Shown here: positions 20,361-32,056 of the stretch, one piece after another | Numbering within the stretch: the stretch's first letter is position 1 | Layout: the number at the start of each line of letters is the position of its first letter | Source: Yoonia sp. | Lineage (GTDB): Bacteria > Pseudomonadota > Alphaproteobacteria > Rhodobacterales > Rhodobacteraceae | Assembly: GCF_965660735.1 (NCBI RefSeq) | Contig: NZ_CBFIBD010000011.1 | Coordinates: forward strand, 976-64,975 | Length of the DNA stretch: 64,000 nucleotides | Direction: 5' to 3' | The notes under the pieces: model-generated | What the model was told of the DNA's origin: nothing | Seen by the model: only the letters and a program-made list of their open reading frames with translations | Database searches by the model: none | Translations under genes and position numbers: made by a program

Positions 20361-22612
20361 TGCCTGATCTTCTGATTGAACTCTTTTCCGAGGAAATCCC
20401 GGCGCGCATGCAATCCCGCGCGGCGGAAGACCTGAAAAAGCTGGTGACCGATGGTCTGGTAGAGGCCGGGCTGACCTACGCGGGCGCTGCGGCCTTTTCG
20501 ACACCGCGCCGTCTGGCGCTGTCGGTCGAGGGGCTGACAGGCGAAAGCCGCGCCACCCGCGAAGAACGCAAGGGCCCCAAGGTTGGCGCGCCGGAAAAGG
20601 CAGTGGAAGGTTTCGCGCGCGGGGCAGGGGTGGACCCTGCCGCACTGGAAGTGCGCGACGATAAAAAGGGTCAGGTCTATTTCGCAGTGATCGAGAACCC
20701 GGGCCGTCAGGCTGCTGATATCATTGCCGAAGTGCTGGAAAAGACGATCCGTAATTTCCCATGGCCGAAATCCATGCGGTGGGGTGATGGCAGCCTGCGC
20801 TGGGTGCGGCCGCTGCATTCGATCCTGTGCATTTTATCAAATGACGACGGCACCGAAATTGTGCCGCTGACGCTGGACGGGATCACCGCTGGTAATACCA
20901 CGCGCGGGCACCGTTTTCTTGCCCCTGATGCCTTTACCGTCACCGGATTCGAGGATTATGAAGCCAAGCTGAAACGCGCGCATGTCGTGCTGCGCCCCGA
21001 TGAACGGGCGCAGGCGATCTGGCACGACGCGACCCATCAGGCATTCGCCATGGGGCTGGAAGTGGTCGAGGACAAAGGCCTGCTGGCCGAGGTGGCGGGG
21101 CTGGTGGAATGGCCGGTCGTTCTGCTGGGGCAGATCGATGATGCTTTTCTGGGCCTGCCGCCAGAAGTGCTGCAAACATCAATGAAGGAACATCAAAAGT
21201 TCTTTTCCGTGCGCAACCCCAAGACAGGGCGTATCGAACGCTTTGTCACCGTGGCGAACATGGAAACGACGGACAATGGCGCGACCATCCTTGCGGGCAA
21301 CCAAAAGGTGCTGGCGGCACGGCTGTCGGACGCGAAATTCTTTTGGGAAAACGATCTGCGCACGGTGAATACTGTGGGGTTGGAGGGCATGGGCGCGGGG
21401 CTGACCGATGTGACCTTCCACAACAAGCTGGGGTCGCAGGCCGACCGTGTGGAACGGATCGAGGCACTGGCGCGCGAAATCGCCCCGCATGTGGGGGCCA
21501 AGCCCGATCTGGCAGCCGAGGCCGCACGGATCGCCAAGGCTGATCTGCAATCAGAAATGGTCGGCGAATTCCCCGAATTGCAGGGGCTGATGGGGCGGTA
21601 TTACGCGCAGGCGGCGGGCCATGACGACGGCGTGCCAGAAGCCTGTCAGGACCATTATTCCCCGTTGGGACCGTCTGATGATGTGCCGACAGCGCCGGTG
21701 TCGGTGGCCGTGGCGCTGGCCGATAAGATCGACACATTGTGCGGGTTCTGGGCGATTGACGAGAAACCGACCGGGAGCAAGGACCCATTTGCGCTGCGCA
21801 GAGCGGCGTTGGGGGTTATTCGGTTGGTGTTGGAAAATGGTAGTTTTTCGTTGGCGCCAATAATCGCGCTTAGTTTGATCGACCATTATCATCGCTTTTA
21901 CCGGCAGTTGAGCCTTGAGGCTCGCATGAAAATTGCCGACGCAGCAGGAAAACTTGGTATTAGTCCGTTTGATGTCGAGCGGCTGAAAATTGAATCGCAC
22001 CGTAAGAAACTATCTACAGACAGCTTAGCTCAGTTAAGTGAGACTGATGTCGATGAGCGCGTCGCAAAGACCATGCTACCATACTACTTCAATCTCCTCG
22101 CCTTCTTCCACGACCGCCTCAAGGTCTTCCTCAAGGACAAAGGCATCCGTCACGACATCATCGACGCTTGTATCGCCATGCCGGGCAATGACGACCTGAC
22201 CCTTCTGGTCAAACGCGCCGAGGCGCTGGCCGCAACACTCGCCACCGATGACGGGGAAAACCTGTTGCAGGGGTTCAAGCGCGCCAACAACATCCTGACA
22301 CAGGCCGAGGAAAAGGATGGCGTTGAATATTCATTCGGCGCCGACCGCAAATTCGCCGAAGATCCGGCCGAAATCGCCCTGTTCGACGCGCTGGATGCTG
22401 CGGATGCAAAGATAGCACCTGCCATGGCTGCACAGGATTTCAGCACCGCGATGACCGCTATGGCGGCACTGCGCGGGCCAATTGACCAATTTTTCACCGA
22501 TGTGCAAGTGAACGCCGACAGCCAGATTTTGCGCCGCAACCGGCTTAACCTCTTGTCGCGCATCCGGAAAATCTGCCTGTCCGTCGCTGATCTGACAAAA
22601 ATCGAAGGGTGA
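20360..22612 (+). CDS. glyS: glycine--tRNA ligase beta subunit
   Basis: 750 aa with GlyS similarity throughout. An internal low-GC segment is described in the findings. Confidence 0.95.
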   Translation: MPDLLIELFSEEIPARMQSRAAEDLKKLVTDGLVEAGLTYAGAAAFSTPRRLALSVEGLTGESRATREERKGPKVGAPEKAVEGFARGAGVDPAALEVRDDKKGQVYFAVIENPGRQAADIIAEVLEKTIRNFPWPKSMRWGDGSLRWVRPLHSILCILSNDDGTEIVPLTLDGITAGNTTRGHRFLAPDAFTVTGFEDYEAKLKRAHVVLRPDERAQAIWHDATHQAFAMGLEVVEDKGLLAEVAGLVEWPVVLLGQIDDAFLGLPPEVLQTSMKEHQKFFSVRNPKTGRIERFVTVANMETTDNGATILAGNQKVLAARLSDAKFFWENDLRTVNTVGLEGMGAGLTDVTFHNKLGSQADRVERIEALAREIAPHVGAKPDLAAEAARIAKADLQSEMVGEFPELQGLMGRYYAQAAGHDDGVPEACQDHYSPLGPSDDVPTAPVSVAVALADKIDTLCGFWAIDEKPTGSKDPFALRRAALGVIRLVLENGSFSLAPIIALSLIDHYHRFYRQLSLEARMKIADAAGKLGISPFDVERLKIESHRKKLSTDSLAQLSETDVDERVAKTMLPYYFNLLAFFHDRLKVFLKDKGIRHDIIDACIAMPGNDDLTLLVKRAEALAATLATDDGENLLQGFKRANNILTQAEEKDGVEYSFGADRKFAEDPAEIALFDALDAADAKIAPAMAAQDFSTAMTAMAALRGPIDQFFTDVQVNADSQILRRNRLNLLSRIRKICLSVADLTKIEG

Positions 22613-22690
22613 CAGAAAAACTGTTACCTTCGCTTTACGTGGTAATGCTTCCTCTTCTATGCTGCACCTGAACAACAGGATGATGCCGCA

Positions 22691-25240
22691 GTGCAGCAAC
22701 AGGCCACATACAAACAGTTGACGCTGATCACCCCCACCGCGGCGATGTCGGCGGACGTGCATGGTGGACGTGCGAAATGCCTGCAACGGCTGATCCGGCT
22801 GGATATGCCGGTGCCGGTCACGGTGGCGCTGTCGTTCGATGCGGTGCGCGAGATTGCGCTGGGCCGGATGCCTGATATGGTCGATCTGATGGCGCCCTTT
22901 GGCGATCAGCCGCTGCTGTCGGTGCGCCCGTCAAGCCTTGACCCCGACTGGGGCGGCCCGGGGGCTATCCTGAATATCGGCATGAACGCCGAATGCCATG
23001 CAGAGATGGCGAAAACGGTCGGGGCGCGGGCCGCAACAGCGCTTTATCTGCGGTTCGTGCAATCCTACGCGGTGCATGTCGCGCGGCTGGACCCCGATGA
23101 ATTCGACCTGCCCGCCGTCGCCACAGAAGACAGCCTGCGCGCGATGCTGGCCGCCTATGAATTTGAAACCGACGAGCCCTTTCCCGATGACCCCGCCGTG
23201 CAACTGGCCGAGGTGCTGCGATCCATGGCGCGTGCATGGGAAGGCACAACCGCCCGGTTGTTGCGGCAGGCCAAGGGCGCGCCGGCAGACGCGGGGCTGG
23301 GCCTTGTGGTGCAAGCGATGGCGCTGGGCGTGGGGCAGGGCGAATGTGGGTCCGGCGTGATTCAGTATGTGGACAGCACGACAGGTCAGCGCCGGATCAA
23401 GGGCCGCTATCTGGGCCAAAGCCAAGGCCGCGAGGCACTGGGCGACGTGGAGGGTGCGATTTACCTGACGCGCGACGACCGTGGCCCTTCGCTCGAGGAA
23501 CATTGCCCCGATACATTCGCGCAACTGGTCGCCTATGGCGACCTGTGCCGCCGCAAGCTGCGCGAAGAAATGCAGGTCGAATTTACCATTGAAGACGGGC
23601 AGTTGCACATTCTGGATGCGGTGCGCGTGCAGCGCAATTCGCGCGCGTCGGTGCGGATCGCCGTGGCCCTGGCCGAGGACCGGATCATCCCGCGTGAAGA
23701 GGCGCTGATGCGGGTGGAACCTGCCGCGCTGTCGGAACTGCTACACCGGCAGGTGGACCCGACCGCGAAACGCGACCTGATCGTGCGCGGCATCGCCGCC
23801 AGCCCCGGTGCCGCCGCAGGCCGGATCGTGCTGACCGCCGCCGAGGCGCAGGCAAGTGCCGCGCGGGGCGAACCCTGCGTGCTGGTGCGCCGCGAAACCA
23901 CGCCAGAGGATATTCGCGGGATGCATGCCGCGCAGGCCGTGCTGACGATGCGCGGCGGTGTGACCAGCCATGCCGCAGTGATCGGGCGGGGCTTGGGCGT
24001 GCCGTGCGTCGTGGGGGCATCTGAACTGGCGATTGATCGCAAACGCGGTCTGATCATTGCGCCGGACGGCCGCAAATTCGCCGCCGGTGACGTGATCACG
24101 GTGGATGGCACAACCGGTCAGGTGATTGTCGGCGAGCCACCGATGCTGGAGGCCGCATTGGATGGTGCCTTCAAGACGCTGCTGGACTGGGCTGATGAAT
24201 TTCGCGACATCGGGGTGCGGGCCAACGCCGACACCCCCGCCGATGCGCAGACCGCCCGCAATTTCGCCGCCGAAGGTATCGGGCTGTGCCGGACTGAACA
24301 CATGTTCTTTGAAGGCGACCGGCTGGGGGTCATGCGCGAGATGATCTTTGCAGAGAGCAGCGATGACCGCCGCGCGGTGCTGGACCGCCTGCTGCCGATG
24401 CAGCGGGCCGATTTTCAGGCGCTGTTCGGGATCATGGCGGGTAAATCGGTTTGCGTGCGCTTGTTCGACCCGCCGCTGCATGAATTCCTGCCGTCCGACA
24501 AACAGGGCCTGCGCGATCTGGCCGAACAGCTTGCCCTGCCAGTGGCGGATGTGACCGAACGGGTCGACGCACTTAGCGAATATAACCCGATGCTGGGGAT
24601 GCGCGGTGTGCGGCTTGGTATCGCGATCCCCGAAATCTATGACATGCAGGCGCAGGCGATTTTTGAGGCGATGGCCGCCGTGGGCAATGCCGGCACCGAC
24701 ATCGCAGTCGAGATCATGATCCCGCTGGTCAGCGCCATGCGCGAGGTCGAACTGGTCAAGGGGCGTATCGATGCCGTCGCGAATGCGGTGCGGTCCAAGA
24801 CCAAGACAAAGCTGGATTACCATCTGGGTGTCATGGTCGAGACACCGCGTGCGGCACTGCGCGCGCAGGATATCGCTGAATATGCTGAATTTCTGTCGTT
24901 TGGCACAAACGACCTGACGCAGATGACATATGGCTTGTCACGCGACGATGCGGGCCGGTTCATGTCGGCCTACGTGCAGCAGGGTGTCTATGTCGAAGAC
25001 CCGTTTCACACGCTTGATATCGAGGGCGTCGGCGAACTGATCGCGATCGGAGCAGAGCGTGGCAGGCGCGGCCGGTCCGATGTCGTTTTGTCGATTTGTG
25101 GCGAACATGCAGGCAGTCGTGTGGCGATTGAATTCTGTCGTGCGCATGGATTCGATTACGTCTCATGTTCGCCGTTTCGCGTGCCGGTTGCCCGCCTGAC
25201 CGCCGCCCAATCGGCATTGCGTGACAGAATGAAAACCTGA
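22691..25240 (+). CDS. ppdK: pyruvate, phosphate dikinase-like PEP-utilising enzyme
   Basis: Phosphohistidine swivel motif (GGVTSHAAVIGRGLGVPCV), C-terminal PEP/pyruvate domain motifs (GLCRTEHMFF, FGTNDLTQMTYG, ICGEHAG). The N-terminus is divergent and the start is GTG. Confidence 0.85.
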   Translation: MQQQATYKQLTLITPTAAMSADVHGGRAKCLQRLIRLDMPVPVTVALSFDAVREIALGRMPDMVDLMAPFGDQPLLSVRPSSLDPDWGGPGAILNIGMNAECHAEMAKTVGARAATALYLRFVQSYAVHVARLDPDEFDLPAVATEDSLRAMLAAYEFETDEPFPDDPAVQLAEVLRSMARAWEGTTARLLRQAKGAPADAGLGLVVQAMALGVGQGECGSGVIQYVDSTTGQRRIKGRYLGQSQGREALGDVEGAIYLTRDDRGPSLEEHCPDTFAQLVAYGDLCRRKLREEMQVEFTIEDGQLHILDAVRVQRNSRASVRIAVALAEDRIIPREEALMRVEPAALSELLHRQVDPTAKRDLIVRGIAASPGAAAGRIVLTAAEAQASAARGEPCVLVRRETTPEDIRGMHAAQAVLTMRGGVTSHAAVIGRGLGVPCVVGASELAIDRKRGLIIAPDGRKFAAGDVITVDGTTGQVIVGEPPMLEAALDGAFKTLLDWADEFRDIGVRANADTPADAQTARNFAAEGIGLCRTEHMFFEGDRLGVMREMIFAESSDDRRAVLDRLLPMQRADFQALFGIMAGKSVCVRLFDPPLHEFLPSDKQGLRDLAEQLALPVADVTERVDALSEYNPMLGMRGVRLGIAIPEIYDMQAQAIFEAMAAVGNAGTDIAVEIMIPLVSAMREVELVKGRIDAVANAVRSKTKTKLDYHLGVMVETPRAALRAQDIAEYAEFLSFGTNDLTQMTYGLSRDDAGRFMSAYVQQGVYVEDPFHTLDIEGVGELIAIGAERGRRGRSDVVLSICGEHAGSRVAIEFCRAHGFDYVSCSPFRVPVARLTAAQSALRDRMKT

Positions 25241-25431
25241 AACTACCCGCCGTATCGTTGCGCATAAGATACAGTTTGCGACATACGGCGCATTAATCCC
25301 CGCCGGAATAGGCCATGTGTTGCCGCTTTGGCGACAGTACCCGCCCAAGGGTGGACGCAGGCGTTTCTTTCCCCTAAAGACACCGACGCCTGCGCGGGGC
25401 TACGCCGCGTGGTATCTGGGTGGGACCTGAA

Positions 25432-26100
25432 ATGACGATCATCAAGGCGATATTCGCCATCTTCGCTGCTGCGATATTATCTTTCTCGATGTCAGCCGCA
25501 AGTGCTGAAGAGCTGTTGGCAAGCCGTTTGGGGGCATTGCTTGGACAGGAACGTCAGGCGCTTTCTGTTGTGCCTGACAGCCGCATGACCCTGCTGACAC
25601 GGTTGCCTTCGGCTGGTGAACGCGGCGTGCAGACACAAAGTGGCGTGATCTATGATGCCGGTTTTCTGGCATCGCGGCCTGCGGCTGATGGCGGCGCGCA
25701 GTGGGAATGCCTGGCCGAGGCGCTTTATTTCGAAGCGCGCGGTGAAAGTGTCCGCGGCATGTTCGCGGTGGGCGAGGTCATTTTGAACCGGGTGGACAGT
25801 AGTTCGTATCCCGATACGCTTTGTGATGTGATCAACCAGGGCACCGGCCGCCGCTATGCCTGCCAGTTCACCTATACATGCGATGGACGGGCCGAGGTGA
25901 TCAATGAACCGGCCGCGTGGGAAAATGTGGGCAAGGTTGCCCGTATCCTGCTTGATGGTGCGCCGCGTGCACTGACAGACGGGGCGACACATTATCACAC
26001 CCGCGCTGTCAGCCCTTCCTGGGCGAAACGGTTTCCGCGCACCGCTGCGATCGGGTCGCACTATTTCTATCGTCAACCGACCCGCACGGCGTCAAACTAG
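25432..26100 (+). CDS. SleB-like cell wall hydrolase
   Basis: Signal peptide plus Hydrolase_2-type motifs (CLAEALYFEARGES, VINQGTGRRYACQFTYTCDG, ATHYHT). Confidence 0.8.
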   Translation: MTIIKAIFAIFAAAILSFSMSAASAEELLASRLGALLGQERQALSVVPDSRMTLLTRLPSAGERGVQTQSGVIYDAGFLASRPAADGGAQWECLAEALYFEARGESVRGMFAVGEVILNRVDSSSYPDTLCDVINQGTGRRYACQFTYTCDGRAEVINEPAAWENVGKVARILLDGAPRALTDGATHYHTRAVSPSWAKRFPRTAAIGSHYFYRQPTRTASN

Positions 26101-26197
26101 GCGTCGGTGACAGCGCGAATGCGTCGCGCTGGGCGCTTGCCCCTGTCAGGCGGGGCTAGTATCCCGCTGGCATGGACGTTTCTGACCGGACCTGCGT

Positions 26198-27118
26198 ATG
26201 ACTGATGATATTCGCCTTGCCTTTGCCCATCCCAGTGAAAGGGCAGAGGCCAGCAGCAAGACACCCTGTGACCGGATTTCGCTGCGCGATTACGTTGTTG
26301 CGGTGGAAATCGGCGCATTCCAGCAAGAACGCGGCACGCTGCAACGGGTCCGCTTTAACGTGGTGGTCGAGGTGTCGCCGCTGACCGGCCCGATTGATGA
26401 CGATGTGGACCGCATCCTGTCCTATGACCGCGTCACCGAGGCGATCGGGGCCGAGCTTGAGGCAGAGCGGATCAATCTGTTGGAAACGCTGGCGGCCCGT
26501 GTGGCCGAACGGATATTGCTTGAACCACAGGCGGAACGTGTTTTCGTGCGTATCGAGAAACTTGACCGTGGCCCGTTTTCCCTGGGCGTGGAAATCGTGC
26601 GAGCGCGTGACGGGTCTGCGCCCGCAGGCCAGACCCATGTCGAGACCCCGCATCCGCGTGTTGTCTTTCTGTCGAACGCAGCCATAAAATCCGCGTATTT
26701 GACCGGATGGATCGACCAGCTTGCGCAAAGCGATCTTTCCTTGATTTTCTGTGTGGGCGCTGACGACCGGCCCGCCCCACAGGCGGCCAATGCGCTGGCA
26801 CAGCGCCGGATCGATTTGCTGGCCATTGAACAGAATGCCTGGACTTTGGCCGCCCGCGATCCGCGCTGCATGGTCGTCGGCACCCGCACCGAACTGGACT
26901 GGGCAATGAAAAACGGCCAGATCTGTATCTGGGCCCCGTCGAAAATCGTGCTGGACGCGGTGGATGGCCCTTCGGCCGGTCCGCGTGACGCGCTGGCGCT
27001 GGTGGCGTGGTTTGCGGCCGAAATGCAGGCACAGGAAATGCTTGTGATCGGTGCAGATGCACCCGAAACCGATGTTCCGGTGCGCTGTGTCGATGTAACC
27101 ACGTCCGATCTGGGATGA
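26198..27118 (+). CDS. folB: dihydroneopterin aldolase domain protein with long C-terminal extension
   Basis: The N-terminal ~135 aa match FolB (IGAFQQERGTLQRVRFNVVVEV...YDRV...LLETLA). About 170 further residues have no assignment. The stop overlaps the folP start (ATGA). Confidence 0.75.
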   Translation: MTDDIRLAFAHPSERAEASSKTPCDRISLRDYVVAVEIGAFQQERGTLQRVRFNVVVEVSPLTGPIDDDVDRILSYDRVTEAIGAELEAERINLLETLAARVAERILLEPQAERVFVRIEKLDRGPFSLGVEIVRARDGSAPAGQTHVETPHPRVVFLSNAAIKSAYLTGWIDQLAQSDLSLIFCVGADDRPAPQAANALAQRRIDLLAIEQNAWTLAARDPRCMVVGTRTELDWAMKNGQICIWAPSKIVLDAVDGPSAGPRDALALVAWFAAEMQAQEMLVIGADAPETDVPVRCVDVTTSDLG

Positions 27119-28125
27119 GCTATTATCGCCCGTTGGTCCAATGCAGCCCTGACCGCCCTGCGGATGCGGTCACGCTTGCCGGGGGCTGGTGCTGGTTTTC
27201 GCAGGTCGCGGTCCACACGCGTGATGCCAAACCGCGTATTGCCACGGCCTCTGATCTGCCACGCGCGATCTTTGAAAACCTCGCACGCCCCCGCCCCGAG
27301 ATTGCGGGGATGGGCATGGATGCACCGCGCATCATGGGCATTTTGAACGTGACACCTGACAGCTTTTCCGATGGCGGACTGTTCGATGATCCTGCTGCGG
27401 CACTAGCGCATGCGCAGGCGATGCAGGCCGCCGGGACGGATATCATCGACATTGGCGGTGAAAGCACGCGCCCCGGTGCAGCCGATGTATCGGTATCAGA
27501 GGAAATCAACCGCACTGCACCTGTGATCGCGGCGATCCGGGCGCAGTCGGATGTGGCAATTTCCATCGACACGCGCAAAGCGCCGGTCGCACAGGCGGCC
27601 ATCGCCGCCGGTGCAGGGTTGGTCAATGATGTGGCCGCCCTTGGCTATGATCCGACCCTTGCGGTTGTCACAGCGCAGGCCGGTCTGCCCGTCTGCCTGA
27701 TGCATGCGCAGGGCGATCCGGCGACGATGCAACAGAACCCCAAATATGATGACGTGTTGCTGGATGTCTACGATTTTCTGGCCGCGCGCATTGCTGCGGC
27801 AGAGGCTGCGGGTATTGCGCGCGAACAGATCGTCGTTGACCCCGGCATCGGCTTTGGCAAGACACTGGCGCATAACCTGACGCTGCTGCGCGGGTTGTCG
27901 CTGTTCCACAGCCTTGGCTGCCCGATCCTGCTGGGGGCCTCGCGCAAGCGGTTCATTGGCACGATCGGCGGGGCCGAGGCCGCGGCGGGGCGGATGCCGG
28001 GATCGGTGGCCGTGGCGTTACATGGTGTCCGGCAGGGGGTGCAAATTCTGCGCGTCCACGATACCTTTGAAACACGTCAGGCGATTGAGCTTGAAATGGC
28101 GATCAACGGGACGATGACACAATGA
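27115..28125 (+). CDS. folP: dihydropteroate synthase
   Basis: [27 protein letters not shown] and GASRKRFIG motifs. The start is at MSYYRPL, overlapping the folB stop. Confidence 0.9.
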   Translation: MSYYRPLVQCSPDRPADAVTLAGGWCWFSQVAVHTRDAKPRIATASDLPRAIFENLARPRPEIAGMGMDAPRIMGILNVTPDSFSDGGLFDDPAAALAHAQAMQAAGTDIIDIGGESTRPGAADVSVSEEINRTAPVIAAIRAQSDVAISIDTRKAPVAQAAIAAGAGLVNDVAALGYDPTLAVVTAQAGLPVCLMHAQGDPATMQQNPKYDDVLLDVYDFLAARIAAAEAAGIAREQIVVDPGIGFGKTLAHNLTLLRGLSLFHSLGCPILLGASRKRFIGTIGGAEAAAGRMPGSVAVALHGVRQGVQILRVHDTFETRQAIELEMAINGTMTQ

Positions 28126-29465
28126 CACGCACGCTATTTGGCACCGACGGGGTGCGCGGCAAGGCGAATACACATCCGATGACTGCGGATATGGCGCTGC
28201 GCATCGGGGCTGCGGCCGGGCGCTATTTCCGCAATGACGGATCGAACGGGCACCGCGTGGTGATTGGCAAGGATACGCGCCTTTCGGGCTATATGTTTGA
28301 AAACGCATTGACGGCCGGTCTGACCAGCACTGGGATGAACGTGTTGCTGCTGGGGCCTGTGCCGACGCCTGCGGTGGGTCTGCTGACCACATCCATGCGC
28401 GCCGACATGGGGATCATGATTTCAGCCAGCCACAACCCGCACCACGACAACGGGATCAAGTTTTTTGGCCCCGACGGGTTCAAACTGTCCGACGCCGTCG
28501 AGGCCGAGATCGAGGCGCTGGTCGCCGCAGGCGTGCAACCGGCACAGGCCGAGAACATCGGGCGCGCCAAGCGCGTTGACGATGGCCGCTTTCGCTATGC
28601 CGAACGGATCAAGGCGACGTTCCCGGCGGGGATGCGGCTGGACGGGTTGAAGGTGGTGATTGACTGCGCCAACGGGGCTGCGCACCGGGTGGCACCCGAA
28701 GTGTTGTGGGAACTGGGTGCGACCGTGATTCCGGTGGGGGTGAAACCCAACGGGTTGAACATCAATGATGGCTGCGGGTCGACAGATATCGCGCTGGCGG
28801 CACGGACGATCCGCGAGACAGGCGCCGATGTGGGCATCTGCCTGGATGGTGATGCCGACCGTGTTATGATCCTGGATGAAACGGGCGCTGTGGCCGATGG
28901 TGATCAGATCATGGCGCTGATGGCGGGCCGCTGGGCTGATATCGGCCGACTGAACCACGGCACGCTTGTGGCGACCGTCATGTCGAATTTGGGGCTGGAA
29001 CGGTACTTGCAGGGCCGGGGCCTGCAGTTGGAACGCACCGCGGTCGGTGACCGCTACGTGGTCGAGGCGATGCGTGCGCACGGCTGGAATCTGGGGGGTG
29101 AACAATCGGGCCATATCGTGATGACCGATTATGCCACCACCGGTGACGGGTTGCTTGCGGGGCTTCAGTTTCTGGCCGCGATGATCGACACCGGCCAGCC
29201 TGCCAGCGCCTTGCGGCAACAGTTCGAAACCGTGCCGCAGATGCTAAAAAATGTGCGCTTTGCCGCGGGGCAAGACCCGCTGGGCGCTGATGCCGTGCGC
29301 CGGTCGATCACCGAAGCCGAGACGCTGTTGGTGGGCAAGGGCCGTCTGCTGATCCGCAAGTCGGGGACAGAGCCCCTGATCCGTGTCATGGCGGAATGCG
29401 AGGATGACGCCCTGCTGGCGCAGGTCGTGAACGGGATCGTGGCCGAAGTAGAGGCGGCGGTCTAG
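28122..29465 (+). CDS. glmM: phosphoglucosamine mutase
   Basis: LFGTDGVRG start, ISASHNP phosphoserine loop and DGDADR metal loop. There is a 4-nt overlap with folP. Confidence 0.95.
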   Translation: MTRTLFGTDGVRGKANTHPMTADMALRIGAAAGRYFRNDGSNGHRVVIGKDTRLSGYMFENALTAGLTSTGMNVLLLGPVPTPAVGLLTTSMRADMGIMISASHNPHHDNGIKFFGPDGFKLSDAVEAEIEALVAAGVQPAQAENIGRAKRVDDGRFRYAERIKATFPAGMRLDGLKVVIDCANGAAHRVAPEVLWELGATVIPVGVKPNGLNINDGCGSTDIALAARTIRETGADVGICLDGDADRVMILDETGAVADGDQIMALMAGRWADIGRLNHGTLVATVMSNLGLERYLQGRGLQLERTAVGDRYVVEAMRAHGWNLGGEQSGHIVMTDYATTGDGLLAGLQFLAAMIDTGQPASALRQQFETVPQMLKNVRFAAGQDPLGADAVRRSITEAETLLVGKGRLLIRKSGTEPLIRVMAECEDDALLAQVVNGIVAEVEAAV

Positions 29466-30361
29466 GCGCGAAACAGGCGGATCATATTGCGCGACTGGCT
29501 GACCGCAAGCCCGGTCAGGATCAGGCCAAGGGCCGCGAAAAACCGCAGAGGCAGCACCTCGTTCAGGATCAGAACGCCAAACAGCACCGACCACAGCGGC
29601 ACCTGATAATTGACCAGCGTCATGAACACCGATCCTGCGGTGCGGATCGTCTGCACCCGGATCAGCGCGGCCAATGCCGTGGGCAGAAAGCCAAGGAACA
29701 GGATGGCAAGGCTGGTGCGCGGATCTACCCATGCGGGCACGCCTTCGACCAGCAGCATCGCGGGGATCAGCGCCAGTGTCCCCACCCCCAACAACAGTGC
29801 CGACATCACAATGGCATCCATCGGCGGGCAGCGCCGGGTCAGGATGCTGGCAATCGCATATGACAGCGCGGCGCCGATACAGGCCAGTTGGCCCAGGGGT
29901 TCCATCCCGGTGCCGATCCGCAGCACGCCCGGCCCGATCAGCACAGCAGCGCCCACGAACCCAAGACTAACACCCAACGCATTGCGGGTAGTGAGTTTTT
30001 CATCGGTGAATACATGTGCCAGCGGTAGCACGAACAACGGTAATGCAGCCATAGAGATACCGGCAAACGCCGAGGGCACATATTGTTGCCCCCAGCTGAG
30101 CAAGGCAAACGGCACGGCAGTGTTCAGCAGGCCAATCACCATCAGATATTTGACGACGATGGGTGAAAACACCGGCAAGGGCCGTTTCAGCGCCTTCATC
30201 AAGGCCAGCAGCGCCACTGCACCCAATGTCGTGCGCGCGCAGGCGACTGTCAGCGGGCCATAGCCTTGTAATGCGATGGACACGACCATGAACGTCCCAC
30301 CCCAGATCAGGCCCAAGGCGAGGATGGACAGCCAGTTGAACAGGGTCGGTTGTGCGGTCAT
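29462..30361 (-). CDS. DMT-superfamily (EamA) transporter
   Basis: 299 aa with about 10 predicted TM helices and a two-EamA-repeat layout. Confidence 0.85.
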   Translation of the reverse strand: MTAQPTLFNWLSILALGLIWGGTFMVVSIALQGYGPLTVACARTTLGAVALLALMKALKRPLPVFSPIVVKYLMVIGLLNTAVPFALLSWGQQYVPSAFAGISMAALPLFVLPLAHVFTDEKLTTRNALGVSLGFVGAAVLIGPGVLRIGTGMEPLGQLACIGAALSYAIASILTRRCPPMDAIVMSALLLGVGTLALIPAMLLVEGVPAWVDPRTSLAILFLGFLPTALAALIRVQTIRTAGSVFMTLVNYQVPLWSVLFGVLILNEVLPLRFFAALGLILTGLAVSQSRNMIRLFRA

Positions 30362-30379
30362 GTTCCAGGTCCATGCGTG

Positions 30380-30405
30380 AAAAAGGCGCCCCGGACCGGG
30401 GCGCC
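30380..30405 (-). terminator. rho-independent terminator downstream of ilvC
   Basis: The minus strand reads GGCGCCCCGGTCCGGGGCGCC followed by TTTTT, about 40 nt after the ilvC stop. Confidence 0.55.
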
Positions 30406-30445
30406 CCTTGGCGTCAGGTAGGGCCGGGCCCTTCCTGCGTCTTGA

Positions 30446-31534
<1,089 letters not shown>

Positions 31535-31600
31535 TTATTCCGAGTATTTTCGAAAAGATGGAGATTGTTATGCGTAAAATTTAGAATTAAGAGTATTTTC

Positions 31601-32056
31601 ATGCTTGATGATCTTGATCGCCGTTTGTTGCGCCTTTTGCAGGCCGATCCCGCCCAGGGGGTGCCGGAACTGGCTGAAGCGGCCGGACTGACACCTGCGC
31701 GGGTGACGCGGCGGCTGGATCGCCTGCGCGAGGGCGGGATATTGCAGGGAAGTCAGATCGTAATCGACTGGGCCGTGCTGGGATACACGGTGGATGTCAG
31801 CCTGCGCATTACATTGGACAAGACCGTGCCCCGCGCCTTTGACGAATTTCTGGCCGCCGCCCGTGCCGTGCCAGAAGTGATCGAGATCCAGACATTTCTG
31901 GGTCGTGTCGATGTACGCCTGTCGCTGATTGCCCGCGATCTGGCCGATTACCAGCGTATCTATCGCGAAGATGTGCTGACACTGCCGCATATCGCGGATA
32001 TCGAGGCGCTGATGACCGTGGCCAGCGTCAAGGCCGATGTTCGGTTGCCGCTATGA
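31601..32056 (+). CDS. Lrp/AsnC family transcriptional regulator
   Basis: MLDDLDRRLLRLLQADP HTH start and a C-terminal RAM/AsnC_trans_reg region. It is divergent from ilvC across an AT-rich spacer. Confidence 0.85.
   Translation: MLDDLDRRLLRLLQADPAQGVPELAEAAGLTPARVTRRLDRLREGGILQGSQIVIDWAVLGYTVDVSLRITLDKTVPRAFDEFLAAARAVPEVIEIQTFLGRVDVRLSLIARDLADYQRIYREDVLTLPHIADIEALMTVASVKADVRLPL

Noticed and set aside
21830-22085. Intein or mobile element as the explanation for the glyS insertion
   Set aside because: It is only about 75-85 aa, with no Cys/Ser/Thr nucleophile at a plausible N-extein junction, no terminal His-Asn, and no homing-endonuclease or transposase motifs. It is kept as a compositional insertion only.
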